From positions 608,001 to 672,000 of the forward strand of contig CBDBCR010000001.1 in assembly GCA_965203465.1 (NCBI GenBank): a stretch of 64,000 bases of DNA, given 5' to 3'. The DNA is from Nitrosopumilaceae archaeon. Its GTDB lineage: Archaea > Thermoproteota > Nitrososphaeria > Nitrososphaerales > Nitrosopumilaceae. The translations under genes were made by a program, and so were the position numbers. The notes below the pieces were generated by a model. The model searched no databases and had not been told where the DNA came from. It worked only from the letters and a program-made list of their open reading frames with translations. Every line of letters begins with the position of its first letter. Positions within the stretch are counted from its first letter, which is position 1. Below, piece by piece: positions 17,456 through 26,251 of this stretch.

Positions 17456-20161
17456 TCACTTGGCCTTGCTTTTCTTCAGCGTCTCCAGCAGGCGGAATCC
17501 AGCATTGCGCTTGTTTTCGTCCGCGGACTCGGTCAGCGATTCTGCGTAGGACGCGATCTCGTCCGCGTGCTTTTGGTTTCCCATCTCTGCGGCTAGCATG
17601 TACGCGTCGTACTGATCCCTTCTCTCCAAGTTGCGCGCTTTTGTGACATACGCGTTCGAGATCGTAGCCATCAGGCCGGAGTCAAGCTCTTCGTAGCGTC
17701 CGTTCGCGTCATTCAGCCGCAGCCCGTATTTGAAGGCGCCTTTGGACGCGATGGCGTCGAAAAAGGCGGATCCGACGTGTTCTTTCAGGCTGTCGGGCGT
17801 GCGCGTGAGAAGGAACCACGTCAACCTCGGATTCATGTCTCCGTCTCTGAGCAATTCCAGCATCGAGTCGATCGCAGCCTTTGTCGTCAAGAATTGCCGA
17901 TACTTCGGATCGTCTAAAATCTCGAGCAGCTCGTACAGGAAGCCTGTCTGCTTGAACTCTTCAAACGCGTCGCTGGCCGTCTCGAGATACTCCGTGTCTT
18001 CGCCTTTTTTTCCAGCCAAGATCCTGAGGATCTCGGTGTTGTGCCTCTGATCGGAGCAGGACTGTAGCACTTTATGCAGCGCCCTGTCGATTTTCTTGTC
18101 CAAGTCGATCCTGCCGATCTGCTCCAGCAGACGGTGAGGAAGGGGCGCATTGGCGCCGGCACACTGCATCGCTAGATCGGCGATCCTGGAGCGGAGCGTT
18201 TCGGCCTCGTCTGGAGACATGGACCCGGCCAATTGGGCGCACAGTATGTCGTACCCGGCGCTCGGCGCGACGCCGAAGGTGGCCTCGGATATTATCTTCG
18301 AGACCAGGCCCGACATCCTGGCGCCCTCCCGGCGGTATTCCAGGCATTCCGCGACGAAAAATTCGTCCCACAAACCGGCCGCGTCGATCTTTTCGACCGC
18401 CATTTCGCCCATGCGCTCGGCCAAGCCTGCCCCGACTACGGCGCGGTTCTTGGAAAGCAGCTCTAGCGCGGCCAAGTCCGGCGGGTCGGCTAGGAACGCA
18501 TCGGACACGAGTCTTTCGCAGACAATGTCCCGCATGCGCGCCGGCATCAGGCCTACCTGCTCGGCCCCGATCCTTTCGACCATGCCGCGCGCGTTTCCGA
18601 GCAGCGGGCCCGCGACGTAGTGCCCGAGAGTGGCGGCCATTCTCGCGCGGACCGGAGAGTCGGGCGCCGCCTTTACCAGTTCTGCCAGCATCGCCACGTT
18701 GCCGCTCAGCGCGGGCATGCCGGGATCGGACTCCGAGGCCGATTCCCTCAGTATCTCGTCGATCCTGCCCATGTACGCCTCTTGAGCCCCCGCGTCCAGT
18801 TTTCCGAACATCCGGACCGCCTTTGGGTCCGAGCGGGAGAACGCGTCCTCGAACTCGCTTATGCCCGGCAGCGCCGCGTGCGGCGCCTGGCTCATCCGGA
18901 GGAACGGGACTATGTCCGCTCCGGGCATCTGCGTGGCGCCCAGGAACCTCAAAAGCCGCGAGCGCTCGGCCTCGGGCATCTTGGCCGCCTTTTCGCACCA
19001 CTCTTTCTGCTTGGCGCCGTCTTGGTACATGCCCGGATCCCCCTCCAGCGCCTTGCAGAATTCGGGCCACTCGTGCATGAGCACGACCGACTTGAGCAGC
19101 GAGTTGGTATCGCCCGTGACGAGGCCGCTTTGGAGCATGCCTGACTTTTCCCTGGATTCTGCCAGCCTGTACAGCGCCACGGCTATGTTGAGGAACTGGT
19201 TGATTTTCCTGGGGTTGTCGATCGCGCCGGACAGCAGTATCGTGAGGGCGAACTGGTCGAACTCCACGCTGCGCCTGCCGATCTGCTTCTTTGCGTAGGA
19301 CCTGAGGCTCTCGCCCAGAAACGACGGCACCCGGAGCGAGACCTGGAAGAACTTGCTCAGAAACTCGTTGCCGTCCCTGTCGGTGCTCGCCGCGCCCGTT
19401 CTCTTTAGGTGCGAGACGAGCGCCTCGTCGTCGCACGCGAGCACGTTGACGCAGCCGTCCTTCACCATGAACGTCTGGATCAGGCCCAGAATTTTCACGG
19501 CCACGGCGCTCTCGCACCTGTCCAGGTTGTCTATCACGACCACCAGTCTCTTGGGCCTGTGCTTGCCGACGATCCCGTCGTAGATCCTGCCGAACTGCCT
19601 CGGGGACGCGGTGGGCGGGATCGTCTTCCTCGCCGTGCTGAAAATCATCTTTGCCGACAGCGCCAGCAGGGTGAGGCACAGCGCCCCGATCACGGTCATG
19701 CCCGCCATGTCCGGATACAGAGCGAGGGCGGCAGCGAGGGCGGCCGCCGCGCCCGCGCCGCCGAACACGGTCCGCCGCCGGCCCCCCAGGCGGCGCAGCT
19801 CCGCGTGCTGGATCTGCCGCCGGTTGTACAGCATGTCGTCCAGCTCTTCCCGCTTGTACGGGGAGCCGGCCTGGGCATTGAGCTCCTCGAGCAGCCCCTG
19901 GGGCAGGGATTCGGGCGAGAGCCCCCACGCGTCCACCTCGGCGTACCCGAAGCCCTTGAGGTTCTCGTCGCTGCGTATCCTGTCGCGGAGCATGTGCGCT
20001 ATGGACGACTTGCCCACGCCCCATTTACCGAAAAGCCCGACGTTGAGCGGGGTCTCGGACTTTAGCAGGATGTCGGCCAAGGAATCGACGTAGTGCCGGT
20101 GCGCAAACTCGTCGCCGGCCCGGCCTTCCAGGGCGCTGTCTTTGAGGTAGTCTTGGCCCAC
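17456..20161 (-). CDS. KAP-family P-loop NTPase with long helical C-terminal region
   Basis: D.F.H..YVD.L, GKWGVGKS Walker A, two inserted TM helices, VVVIDNLDRC Walker B, FLSKFFQV, NPRKINQFLN. Confidence 0.88.
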   Translation of the reverse strand: MGQDYLKDSALEGRAGDEFAHRHYVDSLADILLKSETPLNVGLFGKWGVGKSSIAHMLRDRIRSDENLKGFGYAEVDAWGLSPESLPQGLLEELNAQAGSPYKREELDDMLYNRRQIQHAELRRLGGRRRTVFGGAGAAAALAAALALYPDMAGMTVIGALCLTLLALSAKMIFSTARKTIPPTASPRQFGRIYDGIVGKHRPKRLVVVIDNLDRCESAVAVKILGLIQTFMVKDGCVNVLACDDEALVSHLKRTGAASTDRDGNEFLSKFFQVSLRVPSFLGESLRSYAKKQIGRRSVEFDQFALTILLSGAIDNPRKINQFLNIAVALYRLAESREKSGMLQSGLVTGDTNSLLKSVVLMHEWPEFCKALEGDPGMYQDGAKQKEWCEKAAKMPEAERSRLLRFLGATQMPGADIVPFLRMSQAPHAALPGISEFEDAFSRSDPKAVRMFGKLDAGAQEAYMGRIDEILRESASESDPGMPALSGNVAMLAELVKAAPDSPVRARMAATLGHYVAGPLLGNARGMVERIGAEQVGLMPARMRDIVCERLVSDAFLADPPDLAALELLSKNRAVVGAGLAERMGEMAVEKIDAAGLWDEFFVAECLEYRREGARMSGLVSKIISEATFGVAPSAGYDILCAQLAGSMSPDEAETLRSRIADLAMQCAGANAPLPHRLLEQIGRIDLDKKIDRALHKVLQSCSDQRHNTEILRILAGKKGEDTEYLETASDAFEEFKQTGFLYELLEILDDPKYRQFLTTKAAIDSMLELLRDGDMNPRLTWFLLTRTPDSLKEHVGSAFFDAIASKGAFKYGLRLNDANGRYEELDSGLMATISNAYVTKARNLERRDQYDAYMLAAEMGNQKHADEIASYAESLTESADENKRNAGFRLLETLKKSKAK

Positions 20162-20532
20162 GCGGGGCGCGTACCGTTCCCCTATAAAAAATCGGGGGAT
20201 TCGGGGCCGCCGCGAGGGCTGGAAGCAATGCGCAATCGCCCAAACTCCCCGCATCCGCGCCTAGAAAACCCGGCCCCGCCAGTTTACGCGCGACTTTCGC
20301 CCGCAGACGCCGCGCGCCTCGCGGCGCTTTTGGGCCCTCGCTTACGCGGGCGCGCAGAGCCGCCGCCGCGCGCTCCCGGCTCCCCCGGGCCGCGGACGGA
20401 GCCCGGACTTGCGATGCCGCCCCCGGGCGATCTCTGCGCCCGTCGGGGCGCGGCGTGCGCGGGGGGCCGGCGCTTTCGGCGCCCCGCGGGGACGCGCGGC
20501 GCGGGCCTCGCGCCAAGCGCGGACGGGCAAAG

Positions 20533-20646
20533 TCAGCGCCCTATGTCAAAGTAGGTCATGCGCAATCTCGCGAATCCCGCAGATCCGTGCATAGAAAACC
20601 CCAACCGGCGTGTTTACGCAGACTTATGAACGCGGATCCTGCTCAT
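20533..20646 (-). pseudogene. Possible remnant of GNAT toxin (start plus C-terminal fragment)
   Basis: ATGA overlap with the upstream antitoxin stop; broken frames give VFYA...GF....MTYFDIGR*, resembling the GNAT FY.K.GF...MY.DI C-terminus. Confidence 0.3.
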
Positions 20647-20810
20647 TCCACCAGCTTTACGCTCTTGGCCAGTTCCAAAGCATCGTCCAACGCTTTGCGC
20701 TGAGCGGGGGTCGGGCCGCGTTTGAGGTTGTCCATGAGCCTCGCCCAGTCCTCGGCATTGAGCGGTTTTATGTACCGGTTGGACGTGCACGGCCGAGCTG
20801 GCATGCCCAT
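20643..20810 (-). CDS. DUF1778/TacA-like small antitoxin
   Basis: IKPLNAEDWARLMDNLKRGPTPAQRKAL resembles the L.AE.W..F...L..PP.P...L C-terminal motif. Confidence 0.5.
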   Translation of the reverse strand: MGMPARPCTSNRYIKPLNAEDWARLMDNLKRGPTPAQRKALDDALELAKSVKLVE

Positions 20811-20885
20811 CCTGTTTCCGGAACTTTCCACGCAACGGCGCACCGCGCGCTCTTATCTAAACGCTTTGGAACTGTCGGGGTCCGT

Positions 20886-21770
20886 TTACGTACCCACTAG
20901 GCACGCGCGCGAGCCCGCCGCCCTGATCTGGGCGTATTCGGGGGCCGGCGGGACGCCCAGAATCTCGCCCAGCTTGCCCATGGTCGGGAGGCCAAGCTTC
21001 TCCTCGAAGCGGGTCATCAGGATGCCGAACCTCGCCCGGCCGCCGGCAGTCGAGCATTTCTGGCGCACGCTGCGCTGCCTGATCACGGACCTCATGACGC
21101 GCTCGCACGCGTTGCTGGTAGGATCCAGGCCCGGGTGCAGGATGAACGTGAAGAGCTGGTCTGCCGCGCGCTCCAGCTTGCCGCCGAACTTTCCGCGGCC
21201 CGCCTTCTTGTACTCGCCCGCCAGTTCCTTGGCGGCCGACGCCAGCATCGCGTGGTTTTCGCTAGCGCGGGTCTGCAAGCGCGCCGCCCGGATGCGTCAG
21301 CGACCTTGCCTCGTCGTAGAGGACGAGCAGCCTGAGGTGCAGTTCCACGTCCGCTTTTCCTTGGACCGCGATGTCTGCCCGGCATCCAGGAGGACGTGCG
21401 AAGTACTGCTGGCGCACCAAGATCACGTCGTAGACTACGTACCCGTCGGCCGTGCTGGCCGCCCTGATCCTGTACTCGAAGTGCTCCCCGAATGCCGCGC
21501 CGCCGCGCGACGACGCCGGGCGCACCGCGACCAGCGTGAGGGTCACCAGCCCCCGCGCGCAGACCTGCCTGCGCTCGGCTCATCCGCCGCCGGATCGGGC
21601 GGGCAGGTCCTGGACGGCACGGCCCGCCGTGCGGGATCGGATCCGCGGGGTGCCGCGGCTTTTCTGGCGGCACGCTGCGCTCCTTCCCCTCGCCCCGGCC
21701 GGGCGACGACTGCCTCGAGCACCGAGGCCGAGAGGTTCGGGAAAGGCGTGATCGAAAAGGACGCGTAGTG
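20886..21770 (-). mobile_element. Degenerate IS66-family transposase (frameshifted)
   Basis: LFTFILHPGLDPTSNACERVMRSVIRQR (PTNNxAERxLR motif); upstream frame VAVRPASSRGG...TADGYVVY. Confidence 0.75.
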
Positions 21771-21928
21771 GGCGGGCAAAAGGGTGCCGCGGCGGGCGCT
21801 TCCGAGGCGGCGGGGGGCGCAAGGCACCGTACTGGCGCGGCCCTTGCGCGCCGGGCCGGAGCGCGCCGTCGCGATCTTGCCCGGCGCGGAGCCCCCGCCT
21901 GCCCGGCCGCAAAAGCGCGCGGGCCGAT

Positions 21929-22477
21929 CTACGGAGCGCGCGCGCCCTCGGTTCCGGACACGAATTTGTCCCACACGTATCTGAACGAGGCGTTCTGTTT
22001 TTTGGCCTTCTCGACGTCGAACATTTCGAGTGTTTTCGCCATGAAATCCTTCCGCGACGGCCACCCTCCCCGCTCGAGCATCCTCTCGAAATTCTCCTTG
22101 GACACGGATTCCGTGTTCGTGTGGTAGGGGATTTGCAGGCGCGCGCACTCGTCAGTTCCCATGCCGGCGAGGCACCAGCTCTCGATTTCGGTTTTTACCA
22201 CCGCGATGTTGCCGTGGCGCGCGTTGGGGATCTTGCGCAGAGTCTCCTTTCTTTGTATGTAGCAGGTGCTCTGGTCAAAGTCCGCGAACACGATGTAATC
22301 GCGCTTGATCTTGTGCAGCGTTTCGACGAACTGCACCAGCGTTTCCTTGTCTTTGCTAGCGTACAGGCGGGTCTCGACGTTGTATCTTTTGGCGAGCTCG
22401 CCGCGCATCACAGAATCGAAGAATTTCTCGTCGTCGCGCCCCTCCAAGAACACGACCACGCTCGCGTCCATCACCAC
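21929..22477 (-). CDS. TOPRIM-like (DUF4276/RloB/AriB-like) nuclease
   Basis: VFLEGRDD, FADFD (DxD), EIESW, terminal N.SF motif; overlaps the ATPase stop. Confidence 0.75.
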   Translation of the reverse strand: MVMDASVVVFLEGRDDEKFFDSVMRGELAKRYNVETRLYASKDKETLVQFVETLHKIKRDYIVFADFDQSTCYIQRKETLRKIPNARHGNIAVVKTEIESWCLAGMGTDECARLQIPYHTNTESVSKENFERMLERGGWPSRKDFMAKTLEMFDVEKAKKQNASFRYVWDKFVSGTEGARAP

Positions 22478-23700
22478 TCCAGCATGTTCTGCATGTGCAT
22501 CTCGGCCAAGCCCACGCCGTTTTCCAGAAACTGCGCGATCTCTTTGTTCGCCGACGGGCGGCAGATCTCTGAAAACCCCCCGGGAACTTTTTTGATCGCG
22601 TACAGGCTCTCTGTTCCGGCATGGCGGACGATCTCCGAGCTGTGGGTTGTCATTATGATCTGCCGTTCTCGGGAGGCGTCCATTGCCATATCCACCGTCC
22701 TTGCCATCAGGGAGGGGTGCATGCTCTTCTCCGGCTCTTCTATAGCCACCACGGGCATGTCCCCGAAATACATGGACGCCACCACGACAGCCGCGCTGAC
22801 GATTCCGTCGGAGAGCGGAGGCGGGGGAAACTGCGCCTTTTCGGGGCGCCTGCCTGCCGCGGCGAGCGCGACGGACTTTGCAAAGTCCTCAGCACCCATC
22901 GATTTGACGGACGGCAGCATTTCGGACACCAGGGCGTGCAGTTTCTTTCTGGATTCGCCGTCGGCTAGCGTGCGCTTTAGCACCTGCACAAGGTCGGGAC
23001 CTCCGCCCTCTAGCTCCGGCGGCCCTTGGGGGATTCCGGCCGCTCTGGAAAAGTTGTACGCGCCTATGTTTTCAAAGCGAAGGAGCCACGGAAAAAAGTC
23101 CACCAAAAGACCGGATTCGACGAGCAGCTTGCCCTCTGCGTCCGACGCCGCGCAGCGCCCGAGCTCGCCTCCGAGGCGCCCACCAAGATCCGTCTCCAAG
23201 CGAAGCCTGCCGCCGCGCCGCGCCGCGTGGACGGTTCCCTCGCGGTCTGCGTTCGAGTACTCTGGGCGGTTGCATCCGGCGCCCGCGGGCCCTATCTGCG
23301 TGCGCTGTTCGCACACGTCAAAGGCCCAGGAATCTTCGATCAGCTCGGCCTTTTCGTCTCCCGCCCTGAACTCGAGGCGCCACTTCCCGCCCGTGCTGTA
23401 CACCTTGCGCCGGCCCGGTATGCGCGCGCGCGTTTTCGGCGCCTTTACTTCCAACTCGACCACCGTGCTTTTGCCAGCCAGTTTCGGGTTGCCGACGTAT
23501 TGTGGGCCCCCCTGCGCCGAGACGGCGCCGTCCAGCCCGCTCTTGCAAAGGTCGCGCAGAAACCCGAATATGCTCACAAGGTTCGACTTGCCGGAGGCGT
23601 TGGCCCCGACCACGACGTTGAGCCTTTCCAGTTCCAGATCCATGTCTGCAAAACTCTTGAAGTTTTGGACCTTGATCCGCTTCAGGAACAGTCCCTGCAT
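22471..23700 (-). CDS. ABC-type ATPase (AAA_15/AAA_21, OLD/PARIS-AriA-like)
   Basis: IKVQNFKSF, GANASGKSN Walker A, LSDG signature, IEEPEKSMHP Walker B, TTHS; start at ATG 23700. Confidence 0.88.
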   Translation of the reverse strand: MQGLFLKRIKVQNFKSFADMDLELERLNVVVGANASGKSNLVSIFGFLRDLCKSGLDGAVSAQGGPQYVGNPKLAGKSTVVELEVKAPKTRARIPGRRKVYSTGGKWRLEFRAGDEKAELIEDSWAFDVCEQRTQIGPAGAGCNRPEYSNADREGTVHAARRGGRLRLETDLGGRLGGELGRCAASDAEGKLLVESGLLVDFFPWLLRFENIGAYNFSRAAGIPQGPPELEGGGPDLVQVLKRTLADGESRKKLHALVSEMLPSVKSMGAEDFAKSVALAAAGRRPEKAQFPPPPLSDGIVSAAVVVASMYFGDMPVVAIEEPEKSMHPSLMARTVDMAMDASRERQIIMTTHSSEIVRHAGTESLYAIKKVPGGFSEICRPSANKEIAQFLENGVGLAEMHMQNMLEW

Positions 23701-23799
23701 GCACCAGTCACCGGCCAACGCGTTAATAACCATTGCCGGCGCGCGGGATCTTCCGTGATCGGCTGCCCGGCCCCGGAATCTGCCGGAACCGGCCCGTAC

Positions 23800-23807
23800 T
23801 TTAAATA
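23800..23807 (+). promoter_or_regulatory. Archaeal TATA box of CBASS operon
   Basis: TTTAAATA about 22 nt before GTG 23830, the spacing of a leaderless archaeal transcript. Confidence 0.6.
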
Positions 23808-23829
23808 CACGGCGCGCCCGGAAGAAAGC

Positions 23830-24792
23830 GTGGAGACTCCGGCCGTGGCCCACGCGGACATACTCGCCTTCGCGGAAGAACACGTCAACCTTCCTAGGGA
23901 TTCCGCGCGCCGGTACCGGGAGCAGGTAAACGGCCTCAGAGAGAACCTCGCGCGGCACATCAAGGAGAACCCCGGCTTCGGGCTGGTCAAGATGCTGCAT
24001 TCGGGAAGCGTCGCCAAGGGGACCGCCCTGCGCACCATCAACGACCTCGACGTGGCCGTGTACGTGAAAAAAGAGCAGGCGCCGGTCGACGAGAAAAAAG
24101 TGGTCGGCTGGATGGAGGGGTGCCTCCGCGATGCGTACCCCAACAAGGATCGGGGCGACTTTGCCTGCCTGGACCACTGCGCAAGGATCAATTTCAGAGG
24201 AACCGGACTGGACGTGGACGTAGTCCCCGTCATTTACGAGGGGGGCGACGACGACCGGGGATACCTGGTGGACAAGTACACCGGCGAGAGGCTGCACACC
24301 AGCATCCCGCTCCACCTGGAATTCATGCGCAGGCGCAAGGGGAACGATCCGCATTTCGCGCAGGTCGCGCGCCTGGCCAAGTGGTGGGCAAAGCAGCGAA
24401 AAGACGAAAATCCCGGATTCAAGTGCAAGTCCTTCCTGCTGGAACTCCTGCTGGCCCACCTGTCGGACTTGGGGGCGAAGATGAACGACTATCCGCAGGC
24501 GCTCGAGACGCTGTTCAACTACGTGGTGCGCACCGGCCTCGAGGAGCGCGTGTCGTTCGACGACTACGATTCCGGCGCCCTTCCGGGCCCCACGGGGGCC
24601 GCCATCGAAGTACTGGATCCGGTCAACGCCGACAACAACGTCACCGGCGGGTATTCGGACGGCGACCGCGACGCGCTGGTGGGTGCCGCAGAAGAGGCGG
24701 CAGACGCCATACGCGAGGCCCTTTACGCCACCACCAAGGGGCGGGCGGTGGAGCGCTGGCAGGCCGTCCTGGGGGAGTCTTTCAGGGGGTAG
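23830..24792 (+). CDS. cdnC: CBASS CD-NTase, CdnC-like (clade C) cyclic oligonucleotide synthase
   Basis: FAEEHVNLP, SGSVAKGTALRTINDLDVAVY, GLDVDVVP, TSIPLHLEF, FAQVARLAKWW, KSFLLEL, DPVNADNNV, WQAVLGESFRG; colinear with E. coli MS115-1 CdnC as I recall it. Confidence 0.93.
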   Translation: METPAVAHADILAFAEEHVNLPRDSARRYREQVNGLRENLARHIKENPGFGLVKMLHSGSVAKGTALRTINDLDVAVYVKKEQAPVDEKKVVGWMEGCLRDAYPNKDRGDFACLDHCARINFRGTGLDVDVVPVIYEGGDDDRGYLVDKYTGERLHTSIPLHLEFMRRRKGNDPHFAQVARLAKWWAKQRKDENPGFKCKSFLLELLLAHLSDLGAKMNDYPQALETLFNYVVRTGLEERVSFDDYDSGALPGPTGAAIEVLDPVNADNNVTGGYSDGDRDALVGAAEEAADAIREALYATTKGRAVERWQAVLGESFRG

Positions 24793-24796
24793 TCTC

Positions 24797-25300
24797 ATGT
24801 CGACGCATTCCTTCACGACGAGCTCCGCGTTCACCAAGACCGCCTCGGCGTACATCGCCTCCAAGGTGTCGGCGGATCTCAGGGCCATGAGCGCGTACTA
24901 CGGGAGGCCCAGCGAATCCGAGATCGCGGACTACCAGGAAGAACTGAACGAACTCTTGCCTGGAGGCTACGTGTCGAGCGTGCAGTACGGGTTCAAGCGC
25001 AACGGCAAAAAGATAGTAGTCTTGGAATACGAACACAGGCCGTCGGGCCTGCGGGACGACAACTCCGGCCGCGTTTTTTCCAGGGCAGATGTCTCTGGCG
25101 CGGAGTGGTTTTCGTTCCTGACATACAGCGCAAAGTGGGACGCGCTGCACGACGGCGCCAAGAAGCAGATCCGACTGCGCCTTCCGTTCCAACGCTCCGA
25201 GGGACACGAACCGAGGGACGGCGACGGCTACTGGGCGGCCGACAAGAGCTACTCTGCGCAGGGCGCCGGCGCGCAGCGGAGGACGTTCCGCCCGCACTAG
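24797..25300 (+). CDS. cap7: Bacterial-type HORMA protein (Cap7)
   Basis: Ser/Thr-rich N-tail, ASKVSADL..M..YYG.PS, GYVSSVQYGF, DVSGA.WFSFLTYS.KW, LPFQR, DKSYS. Confidence 0.92.
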   Translation: MSTHSFTTSSAFTKTASAYIASKVSADLRAMSAYYGRPSESEIADYQEELNELLPGGYVSSVQYGFKRNGKKIVVLEYEHRPSGLRDDNSGRVFSRADVSGAEWFSFLTYSAKWDALHDGAKKQIRLRLPFQRSEGHEPRDGDGYWAADKSYSAQGAGAQRRTFRPH

Positions 25301-25309
25301 GTGTTGTGC

Positions 25310-26251
25310 ATGAGCTCGCAGGATCTGTTCGACTATGTCCGGGAAATGCCGGACGAAGACGCCGCCTGCCAGTTCGAGGCGCTCGTCGGGCTGGATCGCC
25401 TAAAGGATACGGTGCTGAAAGAGGCCCGCCTCGTAGTAGTTCCGGGGTCGCTGGAAGACTGGAGCAGGGAAAAGCACGGCTCCGTGCTGCCGTGCGTGGC
25501 GCAGTTCCGCCAGCGCTCTCCGCTGATGGTTTTTTACGGGGACGTGGGCACGGGCAAGACTACGCTGGCCGATAGCCTGGGGGACGCCGTCGCCCGCAAA
25601 GAGGGGATCTCCGTGACGCTCTTCCGCCTGAGCCTGATAGCCCGCGGGCAGGGGGCCGTGGGCCAGATGACCAGCCTGATATCGCAGGCCTTCGACGAGG
25701 TGGCACGAAAGGCCGGGCGCGGGGCCGGCCGGGACGGAAAGCCCTCGTCGGCGGTCGTGTTCGTGATCGACGAGGCAGACGCGCTGGCCGAATCCCGGGA
25801 CACCGAGCAGATGCACCACGAGGACCGCGCCGGCGTCAACGCGCTGATCCGGGGCATAGACCGCCTCGCCAAGGAGCGCCTGCCGGCCCTGGTGGTGCTG
25901 TGCACCAACCGGTACGAATCGCTCGATCCGGCGGTCCTGCGCCGCGCGGCCATCAGCCACGAGTTCAAGCGGCCCAACGACGAGCAGAGGGAGGCGCTGC
26001 TGCGCAGGGCCTTCGGCGACGTCTTCGGGACCGAAGAATACGAGCGGCTGGTCGGGCGGACCGGCCCCGGCGAGGCCGGATACGGGTATTCTTTTTCGGA
26101 CATAACGCAGCGCCTCGTGCCGAACATACTCTTGGAGGCGTTTCCGGACGGCCGCGTCGGTTTCGGCACCGCCTCGTCGGTGCTAGACAGAACCGGCCCG
26201 ACCCCGCCGTTCGGCCGCCGGGGGAGGGACGGGGCACGCCCACCGGCCTGA
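25310..26251 (+). CDS. cap6: TRIP13/Pch2-like AAA+ ATPase (Cap6)
   Basis: GDVGTGKT Walker A, RGQGAVGQMT, VIDEADALAESR, MHHEDRAGVNALIRGID, LDPAVLRRAA. Confidence 0.92.
   Translation: MSSQDLFDYVREMPDEDAACQFEALVGLDRLKDTVLKEARLVVVPGSLEDWSREKHGSVLPCVAQFRQRSPLMVFYGDVGTGKTTLADSLGDAVARKEGISVTLFRLSLIARGQGAVGQMTSLISQAFDEVARKAGRGAGRDGKPSSAVVFVIDEADALAESRDTEQMHHEDRAGVNALIRGIDRLAKERLPALVVLCTNRYESLDPAVLRRAAISHEFKRPNDEQREALLRRAFGDVFGTEEYERLVGRTGPGEAGYGYSFSDITQRLVPNILLEAFPDGRVGFGTASSVLDRTGPTPPFGRRGRDGARPPA

Noticed and set aside
23701-24888. Apparent N-terminal extensions making an 805-aa ATPase and a 588-aa CD-NTase that overlap
   Set aside because: Each extension is the antisense of the other gene; motifs and TATA boxes place the starts at 23700 (-) and 23830 (+)
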